From Centroscyllium fabricii (lineage: Eukaryota): DNA of 64,000 nucleotides. The translations under genes and the position numbers were made by a program. The notes under the pieces were generated by a model. That model was not told the origin of the DNA. It worked only from the letters and a program-made list of their open reading frames with translations, and searched no databases. Shown piece after piece: positions 25,142 to 36,359 of the stretch (position 1 is its first letter; each line of letters starts with the position of its first letter). The DNA lies in assembly GCA_051313645.2 (NCBI GenBank), contig JBNRSN020000028.1, positions 15,128,001 through 15,192,000 of the forward strand, in the 5' to 3' direction.

Positions 25142-25184
25142 ATGTTGGGTGTTATTTTCTATTTATCTGCAGCTCTCTTAACTG
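25142..25184 (+). pseudogene. Orphan family-C leader exon (MLGVIFYLSAALLT-G), intron homology lost at ~25365
   Basis: Intact leader and gtaagt donor. The intron matches those of C2 and C3 for about 180 bp and then diverges. No family-C V exon follows. Confidence 0.75.
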
Positions 25185-26439
25185 GTAAGTTCACAAGATA
25201 CACAACACCGTGTTTTACATCTGTATCCTGCAAATTTTATTTAATCAATCAGTTCCCTGAACACAAGAATAGTATTAGGTTGATCCGAAGTGAAGAAAAC
25301 TATCTGGATTCACATTGACTCAACACTGAACACAGTTTGGGGAAACTCGACAAAATCCTCAGTGAATTGCGATTATTAACGCCAATTACAGATAATCTGT
25401 GGTTACAAGAGAGAACGGCTACTCGCTCCAACTAGGAATGTATCGGTCATTCAGAGAGATCCTAACTCTTGATTTCCATTGCAGCATCCAACGATTCCAG
25501 TGAATTTTCCTCCCCTTTCTAACTGAAAATTTATTCCACAGATTTATCACTCTCGGTGACTGAAGAGGAATTTCCTGATACCAGTGTTAAAAACTGATAA
25601 TTTAAACCGTGCCTTTCCCCAGAAGAATGGTGTGGGAATGTTTATGCTAATATTTAGAACATATCAATAGTAATAATAACATTGATAAATCATAATGAAA
25701 ATTGATAATAAGCCAGATAAACACTGATATTAGTTTCAAAGTAATGCCTCTACTTCCTAATCTGCTTCTTTGATCCAATTTCATCATCAAATTTACTGAA
25801 CAATGTTCTCAGGCTCTAACCTGCCTCGGTCCTGAAACCAACAGTGAACCCATCTTCGCATTGCCCTCTGGTGGCGGCTGTATGTAACTGCAATGTACAA
25901 GTCCTGCCCTGTTACATAGAGACATAGAAACATAGAAGATAGGAGCAGGAGTAGGCCATTCGGCCCCTGTTCTAGTTCACAAGATCATTCTGACTGAGGG
26001 AAGCCATTCGGCCCGTATTGGCCCATCCTACTAGAGAGATTCTATCTCCATGCTCCAATGTTACCTCAAACTTTTCCTTAAAGGATTCCAGGATATGATC
26101 CTCCATGACTGTATTCAGAAAATTACTGTATACATTCACCAGTTTCTGCGTGTGAAGAAGTTATTGTGCAATAATTACATTTTATACTTTGAACCCGTGC
26201 TTTCCTCGTTTACTTGAAACAGTTCAATTTAAAGTAATATTACAGGTTTTATTTTTAATACACCAACTGTGTGATACTATTCTCGCTGTCAATGTAATCA
26301 GGCATTTGCTAACGGTGCTGATTAAAACTCTCGCACACCCGCGAGCAGCAGGTCACAAGCGCTGGGGTTTGTCTCCTTGGGATGGATTATTTCAAAGAAA
26401 CAAGGCTGGGATCATTGTGGACCTCGCGACAATTCCTCA

Positions 26440-26620
26440 CAGGTGGATCCCAGGTGTGACAACACTTCCGGCGGCAGCCCCGCCCACAGCTTCCGGTTGC
26501 TGCTCTGGCTCTGAGCCGCCTAGCCCGCCCTGTTATTGGAGAGATCGCTGCCGCCGTTCCCTGATTGGCATTGGTTGGATCAGCGGTGCAGTGGGGCGGG
26601 GATCAGTATTCCTGCTCAGA
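26440..26620 (+). promoter_or_regulatory. GC-rich promoter of V pseudogene E
   Basis: Two ETS-type CTTCCGG sites, tandem ATTGG boxes and a GGGGCGGGG GC box upstream of ATG 26665. Confidence 0.5.
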
Positions 26621-26664
26621 CAGAGGATTTCCCGGACTGCAGAGTTACAGACTCTGGGAGGATC

Positions 26665-27219
26665 ATGTGGGATTATCTCGCCCCGCTCCTCATCATTACA
26701 TCACTTCTCAGTCAGGATTTCCTTCCCAGTGAAATCTCATTCTCCCCGGGACTCCTGTAACCCGGGTGATGTTATTGGTGAAATGATAGTGTTGATGATG
26801 ATGGTGAATTGGACACATTTCATATGTACTCTCTTTTCCATCGTGGTTTGAATCTGAATTGTAAACACCCGCCGGTCTGATCTTTTCCTGTTTGAACATG
26901 TTTTTCAGATCTGAGTCTTGGAGATTCTGTCACTCAGCCGCTGACCTCAGGAGCTCAGACAGAAGGCGAAGGGGTGACTTAAAACTGTTCCTATAATACC
27001 ACACGGGGCGGCAGCTATAATTTATTCTGGTATCGGCAACACCCTGCAACACAGCCCGAGTTTATTCTGATGAAATACGCCAGCGGTTCTGAAAATAAAG
27101 CACATTTTGCCCAAACCCGGTTTTCAGCAGAGCTCGACAGCTCCACTAAATTCACCAGTTTAACCATCTCGGGGCTGCAGCTGACCGACACTGCAGTTTA
27201 TCACTGTGCCCTGGGGACT
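26665..27219 (+). pseudogene. TRAV: TCR alpha/delta V pseudogene, family E (leader from 26665, V exon 26909-27219)
   Basis: MWDYLAPLLIITSLL / LSLGDSVTQPLTSGAQTEGEGVT*NCSYNTTRGGSYNLFWYRQHP...TDTAVYHCALG. Single in-frame TAA at 26980-26982 and a weak donor. Confidence 0.88.
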
Positions 27220-27258
27220 CACAGTGATGGAAACCAGTTCAACACTCGGACAGAAACT
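27220..27258 (+). other. 23-RSS of V pseudogene E
   Basis: CACAGTG, 23 bp, ACAGAAACT. Confidence 0.88.
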
Positions 27259-28002
27259 CCCCACACTTGGCAGAGCAGAGGCTCCGCCTGCAGAAGCCGG
27301 ATATCACAGCGGGCAGTTGAGAAAAGCGATAGAAAATAATTATTTAGCAAATCTGCCAGCTCCTAATTTTCTATGACAGTATCGCCCGACTGTGTCTTTA
27401 AGCGGCCCGCATTACCTGAGCCTCCCGTTTTCTCTTGTTACTTTGAAAATGTTTCCATATAATCGCCACCAGAGGGAAGTTCGTTGTTGGTTTGAGTGTC
27501 GGGCGAGCTACAGACTGAGACCATTGTTCATTTTATTAAACTAAAGAAATAAAGAAGCACATTTTTAAATTCAGGCATTAAGTTCAAAAGGAGGTCTGTG
27601 TTTCAAATGGTTAACTATTAAGTTATTGTGAATGTAGTTATTGTTAACGTGATTATGTTGTAAATATTTGTAATGAGCTGCTCCCCCCAGAGTCAGTAAA
27701 ACTATCTGTGGCCTCCACCCTCCCATTCAGCTCAAACCTGTCAGTCACTCCCAATTTCATTCATATAAAAGATGGCGTTTGTCTAATTTACCGCATCGTT
27801 GTTTTCAAATCCTCAGGATCTACTGGCCGTCTCTACCTCCCTTTATGGCTGTGGGTGGTTCTAATGGTCAGTGAGCAGATCCTTTAATGGGAGCCTCCGA
27901 CACTGATACCAGAACAATATTAACAAATACGTGTATCTGCCCCCACCTCACAGACTGAAACTGTTAAAGGGTCAACATTGGATTTAATCCCGTCTGTTGT
28001 GA

Positions 28003-28240
28003 GATGTGGAGGTGCCGGTGTTGGACTGGGGTGGACAATTGTAAGAAGTCACACAACACCAGGTTATAGTCCAACTGTTTTATTTGAAATCACAAGCTTT
28101 CGGAGCGCTGCTCCTTCGTCAGGTGAAGTGATGAGATGCACATAGGCACAGCATATATAGTCAGAAAACAATGCTTGATGATTACAGGTAATTTTTCTAA
28201 GTGCCCTTTATCACACCTCGGCAGAGAGATAATCAGGTGT
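28003..28240 (-). mobile_element. Penelope-like element terminal fragment (second copy at 40053-40270)
   Basis: Two near-identical copies starting gatgtggaggtgccggtgttggactggg, each carrying a hammerhead core on the reverse strand. Confidence 0.65.
28090..28126 (-). ncRNA. Minimal type-I hammerhead ribozyme
   Basis: TCAC-CTGACGA-a-GGAGC-agc-GCTCC-GAAA-GC-TT-GTGA: catalytic core, stem II, palindromic stem III and a 4-bp stem I. Confidence 0.7.
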
Positions 28241-28661
28241 CCAAACAGGTCAGTCAGCAAAACATTCCATCAAAGAACAATAAGGTGGGATCACAAGAGG
28301 TATAATGTTGCATATGCTGCATGAAAAACAAAAAGCAAACAAAGCAATAAAAAATAAAGCGAAAAAACAATGTTTGGCTGGAAATCACAGCAGGTCCAGC
28401 CGCATCTGTGTAGAGAGAACAAGCCAACGACGACTCGAGTCTGGATGACTCGTTGTGAGAAGCACACACGAGCTGTGAGCTGATTTGATAAATTGGAGAA
28501 CAAAGGACGAGTGAGCTGATTGGATATCCCCTGCTGACTCTGTCAGGAATGAACCAATCGGCAGAGAAGCCGGATGTTATTCACCATCTTCCCAGTTCTT
28601 GACTAAAACAAATTCAGGTTCAACCCATTCTGTTCAAATCCGCCATCAACTCTCTACAAAC

Positions 28662-29578
28662 ATGTTGGCTGCTACTTTTTATTTATTCGTCGCAGCTGCA
28701 GCTGTCTTAACTGGTAAGTTCGCAAATGACACGACATTTTATTTAACATCCGTATCAGACATTATATTTAATCGGCCAGTTCCCGGAACACATGAATATC
28801 AATAGGTTGACACGAAGTGAAGATAACCCTCAGGTTCCACCTTGATTCAACACTGAACACTGTTTGGGGAAACTCGACACAATCCCCCAGTGAAGGAAAG
28901 CGGAAGAGTTGAGGAGAGATTACAGGCGACTGGCAGACAGACCCGCTCCGCCCCGCCGGGGTCAATGACGGACTTTGACAGATACACCAGTCTTAAACCC
29001 AGAGGTCGTTTGGAGTTTTACCTTCACATCGCAAGAGCTGGAGGAGAGGAACTGGTCCCGTTGGAAGGTGCTGAAGTTTCAGTAAAGGAACTTTTATTCA
29101 GTCGATCTCAGCACCATCCCGGGAGCAGCCCCTGAGCTGTGGGGAAATGTATGTCTGTTTAACTGCCCGGGTTTATTTCCTAGAGAAATGTTGGGGGTGA
29201 CGAGCTGATTCTGGGGGATAGACACAGTGAAGTGACATTGTTTAATTTATTATCGCTCTGGGCTCTTGCAGGACATTGTCGAGGAGATTCCGTTTCACAG
29301 ACACCGGCTGCAACCACAGTCAGTGAAGGAGACGATGTCCAGTTGCACTGTAATTATACAGCTACAAGCGGGAGCAATCCTTACCTATACTGGTACCGTC
29401 AGCATCCAGGCGGATCCATAGAGTATCTGCTGCAGAGAAACCGATACAGCAACAACGAAGGGAAAGTTCGAGGGGTCCGTTTTTCAGCGGAGCTCAATGA
29501 TTCGAGCCGAACCGTCCCGCTGAATGTGTCTGAAACACAACTGACAGACTCCGCGGTGTATTACTGCGCTCTGAGCCC
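28662..29578 (+). CDS. TRAV: TCR alpha/delta V segment, family C copy 2 (leader 28662-28713, V exon 29272-29578), apparently functional
   Basis: MLAATFYLFVAAAAVLTGHCRGDSVSQTPAATTVSEGDDVQLHCNYT...YLYWYRQHP...DSAVYYCALS. 558-bp GT-AG intron. Confidence 0.92.
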
Positions 29579-29617
29579 CACAGAGACACGGAGCTGGGCT
29601 GGACCTGTACAAAAACT
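29579..29617 (+). other. 23-RSS of V segment C2
   Basis: CACAGAG, 23 bp, ACAAAAACT. Confidence 0.88.
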
Positions 29618-30033
29618 GTCAGAGCCTCGCTCAACATATCAGCGCGTCAGGGGAACATTGTGATCAGGGGCGGGTCTCTGCTGGTCCCTGTATTTCTGAT
29701 AACACATTGCGCTGTTAATTCTAATATATAGTTAGCTTTATTCCTGCAATTTGTCTCTTTTTAAGTATTTATCCAATTCTCTTTTGCATGTTATTATTGA
29801 ATCTGATTTCACCGCCCTTTCAGGCAGTGAGTTCCAGATCACAACAACTCACTGAGTAAAAAAATCAAATCCCCCTATCTTCTCTCTGGTTCTTTTGCCG
29901 GGTATCTTCAATGTGTTTTTCCTCTGGGTACCGTCCCTCCTGCCAGTGGTAAAAGTTTCTCCTTATTTCCTTCATCAAAACTCTTCATATATTTCTGTTT
30001 GGATACAGTCACTCTGAGAACTCCTGTTCTGAA

Positions 30034-30500
30034 ATGTTATCCCGCTGTTGTTGTGTGAGCGACAATCTCACCGCCTGTTGGGATTTATTACTCACAGTTG
30101 CTGGAAATTTATCGAAAGGTTTCCCTCTCTGTCCTTTAGAGGGCGTCCTTGGATGGGCCGCTCATTGGCCAATGGGAGAGGGGGCCGCTCATTGGCCAAT
30201 GGGTGAGGTGACCGCTCAGGAGGGAGAGATCGCGACAATAACCTGCTCCTCTGCAAAGGGGACCAGAGTTTACCTGTCCTGGTACCGGGAGGGTCGGTCC
30301 GTGGGCCCGGAGAATATCCTCATCCTCTGCACCGACCGGTTCAGTAACGATGCGAACTTTGCGAGACGGCGTTTCACCTCATCTTTGGCCGAAACCTAAG
30401 GGTTTCCCAGCTGACAGCTGCGGATTGCAGGAAATACTTCTGGGTCATATCACCGCACAAGATGCTGTGTTTAGGACAAGAGCCGACAATAAACTCCAGG
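30034..30500 (+). pseudogene. V pseudogene, family D
   Basis: EVTAQEGEIATITCSSAKGTRVYLSWYRE...RRFTSS, then a deletion/frameshift to LRVSQLTAADCRKYFW. 27-bp duplication at the start of FR1, decayed RSS. Confidence 0.7.
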
Positions 30501-30794
30501 TGCTCCGGCGCGACAGACTCTGACAGTGAACTCTCTGGTTCATGTATTTCATGATCTAATGTCACTGTGTCCTCCGACGGAGAAGAACAACAATTCTTCC
30601 TTCCAAACTGTTTCCTCGCGTGTCACAAACAGACAGACAGACCGCTGTGTGGACCGATGATGTTGTTATTGTTGAGCACAGACTGAAAATATCTGCAAAG
30701 TCCCTGGACTCCCAAATCCGTTTGACCCTCCACAGGAACCTGAGTCAACAACACTTTCGACAGATCGTTCCACATTCCCACCTCCCTTTGAAAT

Positions 30795-31703
30795 AAGGAA
30801 AGTCTTGCATTTATATAGCGCCTTTCACAACCACCAGACGTTTCAAAGCGCTTTACAACCAATGAAGTATTTTTGAAATGTAGTCACCGTTGTGATGTGA
30901 TAATGAACAGAGTCTGTTTCAGTGATGTTGTGTGAGGAATAAATATTGGCCAGGACACCGGGGAAAACCCCTCTGAAGTTCTTCGTAATAGTGCCACGTG
31001 ATCACTTAGGTCCACTTGTGTCATAGGTTGGCTCTTCCCCTTTAACTCATAGGTTGGCTCTTCCCCTTTAACTGGTTATCACCTCGTTAGCTCTACTGCC
31101 CGCACCTGATTGAACAGCCCAGAGTCACCAGTGATAATCAAGAGCTGTATATAAGCCCCTGCTTTCTACCTAGTGGTTGCCAGATCGTTTGTGCTTTCTG
31201 ACTGATATAACCTGTGTTTTGTTCTAAGCTCTCTGATCCTGCCTGTTCGAGATACTGACCTGCTTTCTGGAATTTGGATTCTCTTCTGCCTGACCTCGTT
31301 TGGCTTTGTCGCTCTCGTGGACTGACTACTCGGTATTGACCTGTTTTTGGTATTTGGATACTCTTCTGCCTGACCTCTGTTTTGGACTTGTTGCCTCCGT
31401 GAACTTTCTGCCTATATATCGACCCACTGTTACCTATGTCTTCTACTGCTCAGAAATAAAGGAGTTTACTTCTACGTATGCTGTTTTGGTGTATTGCATT
31501 TGGGCCCAACCTACAACCATTACAACTTGAGAGGGCAGACGGTTTAACGTCTCATCCTAAAGATGGCATCTCCAACAATGCCGCACTCCTTCAGCACTGC
31601 ACTGGAGTTTCAGTCTCGACTTTTGTGCTCAAGTCTCTGGAGTGGGACTTGAACCCACAACCTCCTGACTGGAGGCGACACTGCTACCAACTGAGCCACT
31701 GAG
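30795..31703 (-). mobile_element. tRNA-derived DeuSINE (SacSINE1/AmnSINE1-like), split by a solo LTR
   Basis: Reverse strand has A and B boxes (gtggctcagttggtag, ggttcaagtccc), a Deu-domain (ggatgagacgttaaacc..ccggtgtcctggccaatattta) and the tail gaaaggcgctatataaatgcaag. Second copy at 61645-62065. Confidence 0.8.
31019..31524 (+). mobile_element. Solo LTR (506 bp, probably Gypsy-type) with 5-bp target-site duplication
   Basis: TGTCAT...ATTACA termini, ACTTG on both sides (31014-31018 and 31525-31529), internal TATATAA and AATAAA. Confidence 0.85.
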
Positions 31704-32774
31704 TGACACTATTTTTTACCATTGAATGTATCTTTTGCCGAGTATTATTTCACCCTAGGGGCAAGATTGATTGTCAACTTGTTTCCACGGGGATGAGTAG
31801 AGTTTTTTCCTTCCTTGCTATTGGTTCAATCCGTCTTACACCGAGTGGGTTGATGAGGGGTCGCCTGTTCCTGCGATTTCCCGGTTTCAATGTCCAATCC
31901 CCAGAGAGATTCTCTCCGCTCAACAAGACACCCGCAGTCTGTCGGGACCAACCGGGCTGGAAGGTGGCCGGGTGTAGATGCACTCAGTTCTGGACTCGAC
32001 CGGGCCCCGTAAATGGGCCCTGCACCGCCCGAGCTGTTTCTGAGTTTTAATACTTAGGTGGACTCTACAGGGTTTTCAATAAGGTTGTGAAGAAAATGAA
32101 ATTAATGTTTTTCAACAAGTGTTTATATCGACTAATAACTAAAGATAATTTCCTACAAGCAGTATTGCAAAATAGGATCAGTAATTTTAAAAGAGGGCAT
32201 ATTATTTAATTAATTTTGTTAGCTAACAAAAAAGAAAATCTCGATGTCGTTTATTTCTGTATCCTAATGTAATAAAGAAGTAGGAACATTGGAGTAAGTC
32301 ATGCAACCCTCGACCTTGGCAGTTCCATTTCTCGCACTTCTCTCTCACCCCTTCCCCTCTAATAATCACATTATTAACCTGGGCCTCTAGATTACAAAAC
32401 GAGTAACAAGCACTCGATGTGGCAAAGAGTCCCATACACCACCACCAGCCCCCAGCCGCCGTGTCCACACAGATACTTTTCCTATCTTCTCTCACTCTCT
32501 TGATAACAATTTTAATTTAATGACCTTTCGTTACTGAATCCTGAAGCAGAGGAAACAGTCTTTCCATCTCCCGTCCAGTAAAGCCAGTTTACCATAAACA
32601 CTCGATTAGATCGCTTAGACTTTTCTGCTTCAGAGGAAATCTCAAGTCCCCCATCATAACTGTAGCTCCCCGTCCTAGGCTGGTCCCGGTCAATCTAAGC
32701 TGTTGAATTTGCAATAACTTAAAAGCTGTTCCGATAATGAGAGGTGTTGCACTGCAGACATCATTCTTACAGTG

Positions 32775-33030
32775 GGCCAACCAGCCCAGCGGTTAGAGCA
32801 CTGGAACAGTAAGTTCACAAGTTCGAATCTCACCAGGCCCTGAAACTGAAGTCGAATGCAGCTGGAAATATGTGAACCGACACCAGGAAATGAGGATAAA
32901 AGCTGAGGGACTGTTGTCAAAAACCACAATTGGTTGAATAATGTCCTTCGTTGCAGGGAATCATTTCCATACTTATCCTGCTTGGCTCCACATACCCTCA
33001 GGCCGTCTAGGGATGGGCAACTAAAACCTT
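32775..33030 (+). mobile_element. Decayed tRNA-derived SINE
   Basis: agcccagcggttagagcact..caagttcgaatctcacc head followed by a shark-SINE-like body. Confidence 0.45.
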
Positions 33031-33084
33031 GCTTTTTTCATTCACATCACAGGAACAACAACAATCTTGAATCCTAGAGATTTA

Positions 33085-34595
33085 TGTGTCCGAGAACAGA
33101 AATCACTAAAAGCTGGTGGACTGGACAGGAACAAAAATTAACTGAACTGCTAATGTAATGTTGGCCTTTATCTCTGGGCAGGAACAAAAAAACGGGGAAG
33201 AAGTTATGTTACATTTATATAAATCTTTGGTTGGACCCCATTTAGAAGAATGCTTTTAGTACTGGGCGCTGCACCTCAGGAAGAACTCATTTTGAAGATT
33301 GCCTTTATGCTGGGCACCACCGCCCAGGAAGATCACATTTAGTGGACTGAATTTAATATTGGGCACCACACCTCAGAAAGATCACATTTAGAGGACTGTT
33401 TTAGTACAGGGCACCACACCTCAGGAAGGTCCCATTCAGATACTGCTTTTAGTATTGTGCACCACACCTCAGGAAGATCCCATTCAGATATTGCTTTTAG
33501 TATTGTGCACCACACCTCAGGACGATCCCATTCAGATATTGCTTTTAGTATTGGGCACCACACCTCAGGAAGATCCCATTCAGATATTGCTTTTAGTATT
33601 GGGCACCACAGCTCAGGAAGATACCATTCAGATACTGCTTTTAGTATTGGGACCGCAACTCAGGAAGGTCCCATTCAGATACTGCTTTTAGTATTGGGAC
33701 CGCAACTCAGGAAGATCCCATTCAGATACTGCTTTTAGTATGGGGACCGCAACTCAGGAAGATCCCATTCAGATACAGCTTTTAGTATTGGGAACCACAC
33801 CTCAGGAAGAGCCCATTCAGATACTGCTTTTAGTATTGGGCACTACAGCTCAGGAAGATCCCATTCAGATACTGTTTTTAGTATTGGGCACCACAGCTCA
33901 GGAAGATCCCATTCAGATATTGCTTTTATTACTGGGCACCACAACTCAGGAAGGTCCCATTCAGATATTGCTTTTAGTATTGGGCACCACAGCTCAGGAA
34001 GATACCATTCAGATACTGTTTTTAGTATCGAGCATCACAGCTCAGGAAGATCCCATTCAGATACTGCTTTTAGTATTGGGCACCACACCTCAGGAAGATC
34101 CCATTCAGATACTGTTTTTAGTATTGGGCACCGCACCTCAGGAAGATCCCACTCAGATACAGCTTTTAGTATTGGGAACCACACCTCAGGAAGAGCCCAT
34201 TCAGATACTGCTTTTAGTATTGGGCACCACAGCTCAGGAAGATCTCATTCAGATACTGTTTTTAGTATCGGGCACCACACCTCAGGAAGATCCCATTCAG
34301 ATACTGCTTTTAGTATTGGGCACCACACCTCAGGAAGATCCCATTCAGATACTGCCTTTAGTATTGAGCACCACACCTCAGGAAGATCCCATTTAGATAC
34401 AGCTTTTAGTACTGTGCACCGCACCTGAGGAAGATGCATTGAGCTTGCAGTGGCTGCAGCGCTGAGTCACCAGGATCAAATTATGAGGACAGGGCGCATA
34501 GACTGGGTTTGTATTCCCTTCAATATAGAAGAATACGGGTGATATAATTGAGGTGTTGAAAATTATTAATCGAATTGATCGGCTGAATAGAGTGA
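33085..34595 (+). mobile_element. Old CR1 ORF2 fragment hosting a 48-bp minisatellite
   Basis: Flanks translate to decayed ..LYKSLVGPHLE.. before the array and ..YED..RLGLYSL.YRR.RGDIIEV.KI after it. Confidence 0.7.
33300..34435 (+). repeat. 48-bp minisatellite (GGGCACCACACCTCAGGAAGATCCCATTCAGATACTGCTTTTAGTATT)n, about 23 copies
   Basis: Tandem units seen directly. 16-aa periodic ORFs. Confidence 0.95.
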
Positions 34596-34629
34596 AAACC
34601 AGGTGATTTGCTGTAGTGCTGTTATCACT

Positions 34630-35945
34630 CAGACATTGTCTCCTGTAACATAAACAGAGGCAGGACTTAATTTAATTAAACACAGACATTATCCAGTGCA
34701 ATATTAACTGAGAAGGGGCTAATGTATTAAAACAGAGACATTGTCCAATGCAGTAACAATTGAGACAGGGCCTTGTGAAAAATAAACAGCGACAAGGTAT
34801 AGTGCATTGATAGCTGATGCGGGGCGGGGCCTGGTCTTATAAAAACAGAGAAAGTGTGTTGTGCTGTAATAACTGAGACAGGCCCATGCATAATATAAAT
34901 AGAGACAGGGTCTAGTGCAGTAATAACTGAGATAGGGCCTAGCCTAATATAAACAGAGACAGTGTATGTCACAATAATTTAAAAAAGACATCGATAGGGT
35001 TAATTAAACTGCGACAGGTCTTAGTGTTATCTTTGTGGAATGCACTTGTTAACATTAAGAATGATGTGTTTTGCACACACACACACACAGATATATATAT
35101 ATATCGCTTTGTATTTGCTGTTCTCAGTGCTCTTGTTAACCAGTTGATAATTGTACAGTTAGGAACCTGTGTCAGCCCATTAGGCGGTGCGGACGGATCA
35201 CACTTCCAGTCTCTGTCTAGCACAATCAGTGGGTCATGCGAAAGCTAAATGGAAGATACTATGTTAAAAAAAGAGACAGGACCCAAGGACCCAGTGCAAT
35301 ATAAACAGAGAAATAGTCTAGTTCAGTAATAACTGAGACAGGATCTAGTGTAATACAAACAGAGACATGGTCTAATGTAATATAACAGAGACAGGGTCCA
35401 GTATAACTCACACAGGGTCTAGTGTAATATAAAATGAGACATAGTCTAATGCAGTAATAAATCAGATAGGGCCAGTACTGTGTAACGGAGACACACAGAA
35501 ACACAGAAGATAGGAGCAGGAGTCGGCCATTCGAGCCTGCTCTGCCATTCAATGAGATCATGGCTGATCATCCAAAATCAGTACCGTGTCCCTGCCCTCT
35601 CCCCATATCCCTATCGAGCCTGCACTGATACATATCCCACCCTATCCCCGTAACCCCACATATACAATCTCCCTAACACTAAGGGTCAATTTATCATGGC
35701 CAATCAACCTAACCCGCACATCTTTGGACTGTGGGAGGAAACCGGAGCACCCGGAGGAAACCCACGCAGACACGGGGAGAATGTGCAAACTCCACACAGA
35801 TAGTACCCGAGGCTGGATTTGAACCCGGGTCCCAAGTGAGACATGGTCTACTGTAATATAACAGAGGCATTTTCTATTGTAGTAATACATCAGACGGCGC
35901 CTAGTGATAAAAAACAGAGACGGCTCTAGTGCAGTAATAACTGAG
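34630..35945 (-). repeat. Degenerate patches of the 27-bp satellite
   Basis: aaacagagacagggtctagtg-type units interleaved with other inserts. Confidence 0.7.
35491..35833 (-). mobile_element. 5'-truncated HE1-like V-SINE
   Basis: Reverse complement of the element at 11500-11887. Confidence 0.85.
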
Positions 35946-36359
35946 ACATTGCTCAGATGTTTATCCATTGAGTACAGACAGGCACTGAGCTGATTCATCG
36001 AGGGAAGCCTCACTCACCTACACTGATACATTGCTCAGATCATTAGCCTTTGAGACCAGACAGGCCTTGAACTGCTCTACCGTGTCGGCCCTCACTCACC
36101 TGCGCAGATACATTGCTCAGATATTTAAGCATCGCGAGCAGACAGGGATAGGCTGATACACCATGGGGGGCATCACGCAGCTGCTGCCCAGTAAAAGCAT
36201 TCGGTCCATTTTACCAGGTATAGATTGGCAGGAGATACCTCCTCACCTTCTGTTATACCTTTCAGTCGAACAGTTTCGTACTTCACTCAGAATAACTTGT
36301 TGCAACAGGTAATAACACTGCTGTTCCAAGGGGTTGAATCTGAAGATGTAATAGAGCCC

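Noticed and set aside
1-25146. Palindrome as a chimeric-read or assembly artefact
   Set aside because: The arms differ by many substitutions, private insertions and a deletion, unlike a fold-back read artefact. Long-read confirmation is still advisable.
26189-26851. 220-aa ORF as a novel gene
   Set aside because: It overlaps the GC-rich promoter, leader and intron of V pseudogene E, has a non-ATG start and shows no recognisable domain.
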